64,000 bases of DNA from positions 61,214,858 to 61,278,857 of the forward strand of contig NC_068990.1 of NCBI RefSeq assembly GCF_001194135.2. The letters run 5' to 3'. The notes beneath the pieces are model-generated. The model was given only the letters and a program-made list of their open reading frames with translations. It was not told where the DNA came from and did not search any database. The DNA is from Octopus bimaculoides (taxonomy: Eukaryota). Positions 34,480 to 46,934 of the stretch are shown piece by piece (the first letter of the stretch is position 1; every line of letters begins with the position of its first letter). The position numbers and the translations under genes were made by a program.

Positions 34480-37400
34480 TTATTGGTTATCATATTTGTC
34501 TGCCACCTAAGCAGATGGACAAAGAAGTTTTCAAAAGTGAGGCATTGTCTGATAACTCAAAAGCATGCAAATTAAATATATATTAATAGACACTTAGTGA
34601 ATGTGCTTTTAAACCCATTTTAACATGTACAACTATTCCTTTAGCAACTCCATTTCATTCGAGATGGTATGGAGGTATTGTCATAGGTTTACATGCCATC
34701 TTATTAAGCCATGTATATAAAGCTTTATTAGAAAACTTACAGGCACTGTTAGTGTTTCTGAAACACTATTTCTTGACACCCACCTCACAAAAACCCAATT
34801 CTTAATAATTATCTGTCTCTCCTTTATTCCTGATTCTTATGACCACCCAGAAAATCCATCAAGAAATATTGGCTTCAATTTCTTGCACAAGTCCAGCAAT
34901 TTTGGAGGAAGGGATAAGTTGATTACATTGGCCCTAATGTTCAACTGCTACTTATTTTATCAACCCTGAAAGGATGAAAAGCAAAAATTAACCACAGCAG
35001 AATTTGAACTCGGAATATACAGATGGATGAAATGCAGCTAAGTACTGTGCCCAGTGTGATCACGATTTTGCCAGCTTGCCACCTTTGGGCAACTTAATAT
35101 TGGTTTCAAATATTGGCACAAGGCCAGCAATTTCAGGGGAGAGGGTTAAGTGAATTACATCAACCCTACTGCTCAGTTGATACTTATTTTATTGGCCTTG
35201 AAAGGATGAAAGGCAAAAATCAGCCTCAGTAGAACTTGAACCCAGAACAATTAGATATATGAAATGCCACTAACCATTTTGCCCAGTGTGGTAACAATTC
35301 TGCCAGTTTGCCGCCTTCGCATCAACAAATATTAAGAACAGTCTTGACATAAGTATTAATCTACATGCACATATATCTATGCATTAATTTCTTTAAATCA
35401 TGTGAGCAATGAGTCAGATAATTCTGGTTTTATCCTACCACATACTGGACATGTCATTCTACATTTTCACAGTAATCTGACTACTAGGCTTCTAATTTCC
35501 ACCAATTCTTTGCTGCTGTTGAGATACCAATGTATAACATGTATAAATTTTATCATTTCTTTTGGTGGGACAATTAATCATCCATTATACAAGATACCAT
35601 CTTTCAGTGTTTCTATGACTTTTAATGCCCTTTCAACAACCAAAATATTGACCCATTTATCATTTTAAAAAAAAAGCTTTCTTAATTTACCATTTTAAAT
35701 ATTATCATTGGCAGCCTTCAACTTTATATTTATACACTCAATAATAACAATCTCCATTAGATGGAAAAATAAATCATCATCATCATGTTAAACATGACAG
35801 TGATGATTGGAGTCTGGTGCAGCTCTCCAGTTTGCCAGCTCCTGTCAAACCATCCAACTCACGTCAACATGGACAATGGACGCTAAATGATGATGATCTA
35901 CTTTGGTACATAGAATTTCAACAGATTTGCCATTAATACATACATCACGAAAAATAACAACATTATCATTCCGCTAAACCAATAAATCACAACTGTGATA
36001 ATGTATCAACATGAACTATTTAAGATCCCGTTACATTGTATATTTTATAATCAAATGCTATCAGTTGTAAAACCCATCTCAAAACAAATGCAACTTTTGG
36101 TAAGCCACAACTTTAACTAAAAACTATTCCAGTTACCTATGGTCTGAGACTTGTAAAATGTTGTCCAAGCAGAAAATGCTGTGTTTTTCAATATACCATA
36201 CAGACACTAAGGCTCCTCTCAACTGTGGTTAGAGATTTTAGCAAATGCAGTCCAGGATGGCTGTTTTGAGAAAGTATTCTTGATATAACCTTTTCACCTG
36301 CATCAGTTGTTCATAAAATCTCTTGTGACATCACAAATGAGGATCACCGGCTTTGATGCAACATAAAGCTTGATATGCTAAAATATCATCTATTGTTGAA
36401 TTCCCTGTGAAGACAGGACAACATATTTACAAAGTGATGCAAGTGTGAAGTCTGAATAATGACCAATTGCCCATGCAGTGCCATGTGAAAGCACCCTGCA
36501 CACTGAATTGGTTGGCATTAGGAAGGGAATCCAGCCATAGAAAACATGCCAAATCAGACTGGAGTTTGGTGTTGCTCCTCCATTTCAGCATGAACAACAG
36601 ATGTTAAATTATAATGATGATGATGATGATGATGATGATACTGATAGAAATTGACAAATTCAAGAAAAAATACTAATTGATTCTTCATTGTTGCTTACTA
36701 AATGGTCTGGTGATATAAACTCCTTTATCAGTAAAGTAAAGACCCCCCNNNNNNNNNNCCCCCACACTTTGGTCATGAATGACCATAGGATTACATCTAG
36801 AAAGTTTCCCTCCAAGGCAAAAGTCCAGGCAGGGTTGTTTATGGAAGACCAGAAGTCGCCCATGCATATTAGCCTCCCCTCTCCATGCCATTGATGTTAT
36901 CCAAGGGAAAGGCAAAAGCCAATACAACTTGGTGCCAATGACATCGCAGCTCATTTCTACAGCTGGGTGAACTGGAACAATGTGAAATAAAGTGTCTTGC
37001 TCAAGAACACAGCACAGACTAGTCTGGGAATTGAACTCACTACCACATGACTGTGAGCCTGATGCTCTATCCAGTGAGCCATGCGAAAACTTTCACATAT
37101 TCTGAGATTTCCACATGCTTTTTTTTTTTCTCTTCTCTTTTACAACCACTGAGATCTCCCTCCACTTCTATCAGGTGGAAATTTTTCTAAGAGGGCTTCA
37201 GTAAGTACTTCCCTTAGCTTCGTAATGATTAATTAATTCAATATGGATTGGCATAGCCATGTCTACAAAATACCATGGTCTGGTATTCCCTTTCAGAAAA
37301 CTGTCAGCTTTAAAACCTTTTAATCACGTAAATTGTTTCGAAACTTCAATCTCAAGAATTAATGCCGAATTATCACATTCCTACCAAACAAGCCATAATT

Positions 37401-37520
37401 TATGATTTTCGTTTTTACATTCAACATAATCAGGAAGTGTTATCAGTTTCCATGAAAGCATCAAACTTACCAAAATATTCAATGAATGTGCCATCAAACT
37501 GTTTTAGTTTGAGATAACAC
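34480..37520 (-). pseudogene. Gypsy pol remnants (protease, RNase H, integrase)
   Basis: KCYLKLKQFDGTFIEYFGKFDAFMET and KGFKADSFLKGNTRPWYFVDMAMPIHI (about 37230-37520). KVAFVLRWVLQLIAFDYKIYNVTGS*IVHVDTLSQL (about 35985-36095). KDGILYNG*LIVPP...CPVCGRIKP (about 35420-35620). WLNKMACKPMTIPPYHLE*NGVAKGIVVHVKMGLKA and LLSYQTMPH (about 34520-34720). Confidence 0.8.
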
Positions 37521-37847
37521 TTTCTTTGTTTTGGTTATATCTAAATTAATCTTCAAGTTCTTAAGATTCTTAAGGTGCCAAAGTTTTCATCTTATTGTAA
37601 CCTGTTCACTGACAATTCCACAACTGTTGAAAATTACTTACTCTTTACTCTTTTACTTATTTCAGTCGGTTGACTGAAGCCATGCTGGAGCACCGCCTTT
37701 AGTCAAGCAAATCGACCCCAGGACTTATTCTTTGTAAGCCTAGTACTTATTCTATTGGTCTCTTTTTGCCGAACCGCTAAGTTACGGGGACATAAACACA
37801 CCAGCATCGGTTGTCAAGCAATGGTGGGGGGACAAACACAGACACAA

Positions 37848-37890
<43 letters not shown>

Positions 37891-38862
37891 CATACATATA
37901 TACGACAGGCTTCTTTCAGTTTCCGTCTACCAAATCCACTCACAAGGCTTAGGTCGGCCCGAGGCTATAGTAGAAGACACTTGCCCAAGGTGCCATGCAG
38001 TGGGACTGAACCCGGAATCATGTGGTTGGTAAGCAAGCTACTTACCACACTGCCACTTCAGAAAAGTTTTTAAAATCTTCAGGAGTTTTCTTTAATTTAT
38101 GGTCTTATTTAGTTTCATTCTGTCTTTGTGTACCTTTTGAAAATGTGGCTACAGTACAGCTGCTGTTTGACCTCTGTAAGCAACTTTTAGGTTCTATTCT
38201 AACATTTTGTTGCCGTGGTTTATTTTTTTAACTTTTGTAGACATGGTTTGCTATGTTTATCTGCTTAGTTATTCTATTGAAATTAAATTCTTACAAAGCT
38301 GATGCATTTAAATGTTAAAAAAAAAAAAGAAGAAAGAAACCAAATAATAATTTAGAAATAATACACAAGATAAATCACAGGTGTATGTATGCACACAAAT
38401 AGAAGGAACTGCAGAAAGCGAAATATAAATTTATAGACCAACAGAAGAATTGAAACTAAAAGTATTTATGGTAGCCCATGGCAAAAGGTTAAAACAAGAA
38501 TGTATATGCCCAAATATTCAATGAGAGAGAGAGAGGAGGTACAGAGACAAAGAGAGTTATGAAAAATCTCCAAGAATCATATAAACTTACCTGTAACTAA
38601 TTTCTAACAGATGCAGAAGAACTGTGTCAATGACCAGGTCAAAAATGTGCAATGAAAATTTTAGCATTTCAAGAAATAAACGGAAAGTGAAAGCAAGTGT
38701 TGTGTATTCTTAACTGGCTAAAGTAGCTCTTTTAGGCCAATTCCATAAACACTTGCAGAAGTTTTCGAAGCCTTCATTTTCCTTGAAATGTTTTGTAAGC
38801 TCACACACTCCCTGAAAGTGATTCTTTTTTTCTACATTTAGTATGTATTTTTTATACGTGGC

Positions 38863-39306
38863 TATCATCATCATTATCACCATCATTCAACATCTGTTTA
38901 CCATGCTGGCATGGATTGGATGGTTTGACAGGAGCTAGCCAGCTGAAGAGCTGCCCAGGCTCTATGTCTGTTTTGGCATGGTTTCTACAGTTGGATGCAC
39001 TTCCTATTGCCAACCACTTAACAGAGTGTACAGGATGCTTATACACAGTACTGGCATGGGTGCATTTACATAGCATCAGTATGAATGCATTTTATGACAT
39101 CAGCACCCACAAGCCTGCAAAATTAAGAAGACTCAGTTGGAGAGGGATACAGGGGACATGCCTGTATGCAAGGACAACCTCGGTTTTACTTAACTCAATG
39201 TGTCTTCTCAAGCACAGCTGCCTGCCAGGAGTCTTGGCGCCCTGTCACCTCCTCTGTGAGGCCCAATGTCTGAAGATCTTTTCTTACCACTTCATCCTAT
39301 ATCTTC
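38863..39306 (-). mobile_element. 5'-truncated RTE-clade LINE (end of ORF2, 3' UTR, (ATG)n tail) fused to U6
   Basis: KI*DEVVRKDLQTLGLTEEVTGRQDSWQAAVLEKTH* begins directly after the U6 T-tract. It is homologous to CGRGRLRKTWDEVVKHGLQMLGLT at about 62305-62370. Confidence 0.8.
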
Positions 39307-39396
39307 AAAAATGTGGAACGCTTCATGAATTTGCATGTTGTCCTTGCGCAGGGGCCATGCTAATCTTCTCTGTATCATTCCAGTTTTAATATATAT
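39307..39396 (-). pseudogene. U6: U6 snRNA retrocopy, nt about 20-106
   Basis: ATATATTAAAACTGGAATGATACAGAGAAGATTAGCATGGCCCCTGCGCAAGGACAACATGCAAATTCATGAAGCGTTCCACATTTTT. ACAGAGA box intact. Eight differences from vertebrate U6 as I recall it, three of them CpG transitions. Confidence 0.95.
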
Positions 39397-39641
39397 AAAG
39401 GTAAAGATCCTTCAGTCATGAATGACCATAGGGTTGCACCTAGAAAGTTCCCCTCCAAGGCACAAGTCTAGGCAAGGTTGTTTATGGAAGACCAGCAGCT
39501 GCCCATGCATACGGTCTCCCTTCTCCACACCACCGATGTTATCCAAGGGAAAGGCAAAGGCTGATACAGCCTGGCACCAGTGATGTCACAAATCATTTCT
39601 ACAGGTGAGTGAGCTGGAGTAACATGAAATAAAGTATCCTG
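39397..39641 (-). mobile_element. 5'-truncated family D SINE inserted into the U6 copy
   Basis: Tail TTTACCTTT at 39397-39405. Candidate TSD TAATATAT (39387-39394) / TAGTATAT (39642-39649). Confidence 0.75.
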
Positions 39642-39659
39642 TAGTATATGCACTGCCAA
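39642..39659 (-). pseudogene. U6: U6 snRNA retrocopy, 5' fragment (nt about 10-27)
   Basis: TTGGCAGTGCATATACTA versus U6 TCGGCAGCACATATACTA (15/18), exactly at the far end of the SINE. Confidence 0.65.
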
Positions 39660-40292
39660 TGATAAATCAAATGCATGATACTTTAATGGTGCATGCTTAT
39701 ATCGACAAAAGCAATATTTAGAATTGGACATATATTTGTTTCTATCGACATGTAATAAACTCAAAAGTCACTCTTACTTCTCCTTTTTTTCATATTTAGC
39801 CAATTCTCTGAAATTTAGAAATCCTTTTAAGCTGCTGAATTAGTTATGATGGAATCAGAAGCAGATAAAGCCATAAATGACAGCATGTAAATAATGAGTT
39901 AAAAAAAAAACCCTTGGATGGTAGACGTCAAAGACTGCCTGAAGGCCTTTGACTTTTACCATCCTAAGGTTTTTTTTTTTTAAAACCCAATATTTACACT
40001 ATTATTTATAACTTTATCTGCTTTAAGTTTCATCATTAAAAACAATTTATTTCATGTCTCTCGAAGTTTCTGAATTCTTGCGACATAAACAATATTCATC
40101 ATTTTCCACGTGTTAACCCTTAAAGAAACTTTGTGTACAGCCATTATATTAAAACAAATGCATTATTTGTTTCTTGTCAATTATGTCCAGAAGATTTTTC
40201 AATCATGCTGCAGCAGCGAAGCATCATAACCATTCTTTTGTTATGTCTGGGTCTCTGAATGGAAGTTCACTGCTTTTAACTGGCGGCGCCAT

Positions 40293-40461
40293 TGTTATGC
40301 TGTGCTAAGTTTATCCAAGTAAAGCCTGAGTCACATGCGATCTTTTACATTTAGAAGATTTATACAACCGAATAGCCAAGCTCTGACATTGAGCTGATAG
40401 CCACCTTAAATAGTCTAAACATGTAAAACATATGCAATCTTACAATAATATTAGCATAACA
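40293..40461 (-). repeat. 5' LTR of the fossil Gypsy element (169 bp)
   Basis: Terminal inverted heptamers TGTTATG/CATAACA, followed after 1 nt by TGG-initiated PBS-like sequence. Confidence 0.75.
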
Positions 40462-42310
40462 ATGAAATCACATGCAGTGTTCAAACACAGCCTAATCTAC
40501 TGAAGCTATTATAGTTATGGCTTCTAAAACTTGCAGGTTTAACCCCTCACACACTCTGCTAACTATCCATCCAATAAACCAATAAAAGAAAGTGCTTCTA
40601 CATGGTTATAGAACCTGTTTGAAAATAGCAGCCAAATGTCCTTTAACCATTTAAGCATTCAAATTACTGTCAAAAGTAATGCTTGTTTATGCACATTATT
40701 TTGAATTAAAAAACGTAAAGACCCTCTTTGGTCATGAATGACCATGACATTGTACTTAGAAAGTTCCCCTCCGAGGCACAAGTCTGAGTAAAGTTGTTTA
40801 TGGAAAACCAGCAGTCACCCAAGCACATCAGCCTTGTCTCTCTCCACACCATCAATGTTATCCAAAGGAAAGGCTGATACAGTTTGGCATCAGTGACATT
40901 GCAACTCATTTCTACAGCTGAGTAACATGATATAAAGTGTCTTGCTCAAGAACACAACATACAGCCGGATCTGGGAATCAAACTCACTACTTCATGATTG
41001 TCAGCCCAATGCTCTAACCACTGAGCCATGCACCTTCACTATTTTGAATTAATCATGTGATATCTTGCAGCTTCAAGGTTTCAAAAATGTGATTGTTTAT
41101 TTTTACAATGACATTGTGGGTATGTGTGAGAGATTGGATGTGGTCAGTTTGAACACAAAGCATAAAAGTGATAGAATATTTGGGATGGGTATGGCCAGTT
41201 TAAATAAGAAAGGATTAAGCCACATCTTAGAGTTAAGAAGCTATAAAAAAAAACAAAAACTGATGAGTCCTTGATACACTATGTCTGAAAAAAAAAAAAA
41301 TTAGACATGACTGTTGCTAAAAAGTTACTTTCCTAACCATATAGTCTTGTATTTAATCCCATTGTATAGCACCTTGGACAAGTGTTTTCCACCATAAGCC
41401 CAGGCCAACCAAAGCCTTGTGGATTTGTTCACAATGAATTGGCTGGCACAGAGTGATTAGAAGACACTTGCCCAAGGTGATGTGCAATGAGATCGAATCC
41501 AAAACCATGAGGTTGCAAAGAGGACTTCTTAATCATACAGTTATACCCAATATCTTTATCATTTATGTTCCAGTCATTAGACTGTGGCCATGCTGGGACA
41601 CCCCTTTGAGGAATTTTAGCCAAATGAATCAGCTTCTTTTTTTTTAAAGCCTGGTACTTATTCTATCGGTCTCTTTCGCCAAACTGGTAAGTTACATACC
41701 AGCACCAGTTGTCAAACAGTGTGGGGTGACAGTCACAAAGAGACATGCACACATTTTCACTTTCTGTTTATTAAATCAGCTCTCAAGACATTGGTTGGCC
41801 TGAGGCTATAGCAGAAGACACTTGCCCAAGGTGCCACACAGGGACTGAACCTGAAACGATGTGGTTGGGAAGCAAATTGCATGCCACACAGGTGTAGTTA
41901 TGTGGTAAGAAGCCTACTTCCCAACCACATGGTTCCGAGTTCAGTCCCACTGTGTGGCACCTTGAGCAAGTATCTCTACTATAGACTCAGGTTGGCCAAA
42001 GCCTTGTGAGGGATTTGGTAGATGGAAACTGAAAAAAGCTTGTGTGTGTATATATACATATACATACATACATACATATTTGTGTGTATGTGTGTGTCTA
42101 TACGTATGTCTTTGTGTCTGTCCCCTCCTTCACAATCGGTGTTGGTGTGTTTATGTCCCCTATAACTTAGCAGCCTGGCAAAAGAGACCAATAGAATAAG
42201 TACCGGGCTTATAAAAAATAAATCTTGGGGGTCGATTTGTTCAACTAAAAAAACCTTTGAAGGTAATGTTCCAGCATGGCCGCAGTCAAATGACTGAAAC
42301 AAAGAAAAGA

Positions 42311-42350
<40 letters not shown>

Positions 42351-43633
42351 TCTCTTACTTGTTTCAGTCATTTGACTGCAGCCATGCTGAAGCACTGCCT
42401 TTAGTTGAGAAAATCGACCCCAGGACTTATTCTTTGTAAGCCTCGTACTTATTCTATCGGTCTCTTTTTGCCGAACCGCTAATTTACGGGAACGTAAACA
42501 CACCAGCATCGGTTGTCAAGCGATGGTGGGGGGACAAACACAGACACACAAACACACACATATATATATATACATATACATATATACGACAGGCTTCTTT
42601 CAGTTTCCGTCTACCAAATCCACTCACAAGGCTTTGGTCGGCCCGAGGCTATAGTAGAAGACACTTGCCCAAGGTNNNNNNNNNNATTTGACTGCAGCCA
42701 TGCTGAAGCACTGCCTTTAGTTGAGAAAATCGACCCCAGGACTTATTCTTTGTAAGCCTCGTACTTATTCTATCGGTCTCTTTTTGCCGAACCGCTAATT
42801 TACGGGAACGTAAACACACCAGCATCGGTTGTCAAGCGATGGTGGGGGGACAAACACAGACACACAAACACACACATATATATATATACATATACATATA
42901 TACGACAGGCTTCTTTCAGTTTCCGTCTACCAAATCCACTCACAAGGCTTTGGTCGGCCCGAGGCTATAGTAGAAGACACTTGCCCAAGGTGCCACGCAG
43001 TGGGACTGAACCTGGAACCATGTAGTTGGTAAGCAAGCTACTTACCACACAACCAATATATACATATATATATATATATAAAATGTAGAATGTTACTTTC
43101 GATATGTCATATACATCATCATTGAACCTTTAACACAGAAAGGCAAGTTAGCAGATTATATGGACAAAGGAGATGATACAGCTCTCTTAACGATGCAGCA
43201 AGAATACAGACACACATCATTAGCACTATCACAATAACAAAACTGGATGTCCCGATTTCAGATTCCAGACAATAAATTCTGTTTCTTTAATTGCAGTTAG
43301 GCCCCTTGTATAGGTTAGCGAAAAAAAAAGAAAAAAAAAAGCGAGATATTTTATACCATAATGGTGAATAAGAAGTGTCAATGAAACCACTGATGATAAA
43401 TAATGTAGTAAAATGTTTCCTCTTTATCATTAGCAGAAAGAAACTGACTTTGAAAGTATAGGAGGCTATCACAGCCATATGCAGAACAACGCAGTAATCA
43501 ATACTGAAGAGGGGGGGGGGAGAACAAAAACAAAAAAACAATTAGGATTCCATTAGAGAGCTAACTCAGCTGATAATGTTTTAGTTTTCTTTTTTTCTTT
43601 TCCTACTATAACATACTGAACTAAGAGAAGCAT

Positions 43634-43678
<45 letters not shown>

Positions 43679-45186
43679 NNNNNNNNNNNNNNNNNNNNNN
43701 NNNNNNNNNNNNNNNNNNNNNNAAGAAAAGTGATTTACAACAGTGAGAGAATAAAAATAAAAAAAAGGATTATTTATAACAACAACAACAACAACAATAG
43801 CAGCAAACAAGAAAATAAAAAAAAACAGAAACCACAACAAAAATTCAATCTTACCACCAGTGATGACCTTGATAAATATTTTTATCAAATTAAATAGGAA
43901 GAACTTTACATTTTGAGAATCAGTCAATCCATTGAGAAAGAACCTGAACAGAAAACGAGTTGCAAGTAGCTGTCTCGACTAGTTATCATTAGAAGGAGAG
44001 TTGTATTGTATAGCACATTACCTACAGGTGAGGTTTCTGTGGAATCGTTAGAACAGCGGGTTCTCAACCAGGGTCCAAAGATTTTAGTGTTGGAATTTAT
44101 GTGCAATAATTTGGTTATATTTCTATGATCCGCAAAATATTTTAACAATTTTTGTTTTTATACACTTCCTACTATTTAATTATAAAAATGTGAGATTTTT
44201 TAAACATCAAATGTCTATGGGGATCCAGTAGAGTAAAATAGGATTCAAAGGGGTCCACAGGTAAAAAAAAAGGGGCGAAGAACCACTGTATTAGGGCTTT
44301 GGAAAAACAGCCGAGTAGCAACATTTATTCCATTTCTTTATGTTCTGAGTTCAAATCATGCCAGGTTTAACTTTATCATTTTACTGGAAGGTGCAGGGGT
44401 CAATAAAATAAAGAACCAATCAAGTACTAAGGTCAATGGAACTGATTAACCTTCTCAAAATTCCTCTCAATCCCCTCAAAATAATATCAGGCATTACAGA
44501 AATGATTATAGAGGGAAGTGGATTGCCAAAACCACTAAAGGGTCAGGTATCATGCCATGCAAATATTTGTTCCATCGCTTTATGTTCTGAGTTCAACCTT
44601 GGCTTTTGTCTCTCTGGTGTTGATAAGATCAAGTACCTGTCAAATACTGGGGCTGATGGTATCAACTAATTCCCTCCCCACAAAACTGCTGGCTGCATAC
44701 CTGAAATTACTAGCACACAGGATGAAGCATTTTTTCTCAGCTCTTAAAGTTCTGAGATAAATTAGGTACCAGTTATGCACCACAGTCAATGTAATCAATT
44801 GGTCTCCTCCTGCAAAATTTCAGGACTTGTGTCTATAACAGAAAGGACTGTTGTTGTTGTTATTATTATTGTAGAATAAAGTAAGAGAATAAATAATGGA
44901 CTGATTTGTGCATATCAAGAAAAGACATACACACATATGTATGTGTATTTAGGGCTCAAGGCATTTAGATTATATGCATATACATATATATGCATATACA
45001 TATATATATGTACATATATATATGTAGGTGTGGTTGTGTAAGAAGCTAGTTTTCCAACCACATGGTTCCAGGTTCAATCCTATTGCATGGAACCTTGGGC
45101 AAGTGTCTTCTTCTATAGCCTCGGGTTGACCAAAGCTTTGGGTGGATTTGGAAGACTATAACTGAAAGAAGCCTGTTGCATATGTA

Positions 45187-45225
<39 letters not shown>

Positions 45226-46898
45226 ATGTGTCTTTGTTCCCATGTCACCGCTTGACAAGTGGTGTTGATGTGTTTACACCCCTGTTCGACTAAAGAGACT
45301 GATAGAATAAGAACTAGGCTTAAAAAATAAGTCCTGGGGTCAATTCATTCAACTGAAAACATTTCAAGATGGCACTCCAGCATGGTCACAGTCAAATGAC
45401 TGAAACAAATAAAAGAGTGTGCGTGTGTGTGTGTATCAAATTAATATAAACAGCTGGGTGCAATATAATACCATAACGAAAAACTCAATCATCACTAAAC
45501 ATAACTAAGGGTGCTGAGACACTTACATTGCTAGAAACAGGAGTAAAATACTCCTTGTGCTGTAGGAAGAGCGCAAATGTATATACATATGCTGACAGGG
45601 GAAGAAACCTCCCCACGACCGAATTGAGTACACACACACACACATGTGTGCATATGTTATATATATATATATATATATATGTATGAGTATGTAACAAAAT
45701 ATGCACATACATATAATAAACAGACACACAGATGCTGATTATTTGAAGCATGCCTATCCAAAGAACACAAACTGCATTTTGTAGTGGCACAGTTCCCAAC
45801 ATTCCTTGATCTAGCTAGCTGAGTAACAGGTACCAAAAACTACTAGACAACACAGTGGTTAGCATTAGGAAATAGCAGCAAATCAGAGAATATTAGCTCA
45901 CATTATTCATGCAAATATTCAGATTGCTATTTAGTTTACTGACATGAAAAGAATATTTGTAATCAATGCTGGCAAGTATCAAATAAATAAGACAATTGGC
46001 TTTATAATGAATATATTCAGTTGGAAACTACCATTTTGGTTACATATATTATGACATAGGTCAGCTTCAGCTGTAAATTTTGAAACATATATTTACATAA
46101 GGAGCTTTTCAGTTGAGTATCTACCATTTCATAATGAATCAAATAGCACAGTATCTGCTGCTGCACTGCATAAAATATATTTTGGACCTTTTCCCTCTCG
46201 ATGCTAACTACATCCTACTAACACATATATGTTTACTTCCTACTAACACACATAGTTTATAACACACACACAAGTAGGTAAGATACAGCAGCAGGAACAG
46301 TAGCCTGCTATGCTGGCATGGAACGGAAAATTTTTCTGAGGCAGTGTTTTATAGCCAGATGCCGTTCTTGTAATCAACTGCCTAGTCACCTTCTATAACA
46401 TGCTGGGCTATAGCATATCAGTTCTAAAACCGAGACATAAATGGTAACAGTCTATAAGGCAGTGAACTGGCAGAATTGTTAGCATGCCAGGAAAAATGCT
46501 TAGTGGCATTTTGTTTATCTCTGTTCTCAGTTCAAACTCTGTCAAGGTCAACTTAGCCTTTCATCCTTTTGGATTCAATAAATTAAATACCAGTAGAGAA
46601 CTGGGGGTCGATATAATTGATTTACCCCTTCCCCTGCAGTTACTGGTCTTGTACCAAAATTTGGAACCTATATTGCTTATAAAGATGGTCTTTTACTTGT
46701 TTCACTCATTTCACTGTGGCACTGCCTTAAAGAGATTTTTAGTCGAAGAAATTGACCCAGAACTTATTTTTTGTAAACTTCATACTTATTCAAGCAGTCT
46801 CTTTTGCCAAACTGCTAAGTTACAGGGACGTAAACACACCAACATCAGTTACAAAGCAATGGTGGGGAACAAACACAGACACAAAGACACTCACATAA

Positions 46899-46934
<36 letters not shown>

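Larger units (their letters stand above)
38800..40292 (-). pseudogene. Gypsy gag remnants, Zn-knuckle region split by the U6-RTE insertion
   Basis: MAPPVKSSELPFRDPDITKEWL*CFAAAA*LKNL from 40292. CFCRYKHAPLKYHAF (about 39665-39715) lies on one side of the insertion and KIHTKCRKKNHFQGVC (about 38805-38853) on the other. Confidence 0.6.
33718..40461 (-). mobile_element. Fossil Ty3/Gypsy LTR retrotransposon with both LTRs and many nested insertions
   Basis: LTRs at 40293-40461 (TGTTATG...CATAACA) and 33718-34148 (split by a SINE at 33838-34088) align by eye. PBS-like TGGCGCCGCCAG at 40291-40280. Minus-strand remnants occur in gag-PR-RH-IN order. Confidence 0.8.

Noticed and set aside
35402-35668. 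88-aa plus ORF
   Set aside because: Antisense to the Gypsy integrase zinc-binding remnant.
40280-40295. ATGGCGCCGCC as a YY1/promoter motif or host start codon
   Set aside because: Better explained as the PBS region right after the Gypsy 5' LTR.
42370-42991. Exact 306-bp tandem duplication of a SINE (42370-42675 and 42686-42991)
   Set aside because: The copies are identical and separated by a 10-N gap, typical of an unmerged contig overlap.
43100-43290. Hydrophobic minus-strand open frame (GTSSFVIVIVLMMCVCILAASLRELY...)
   Set aside because: No start codon context or convincing splice sites, and no homology recognised.
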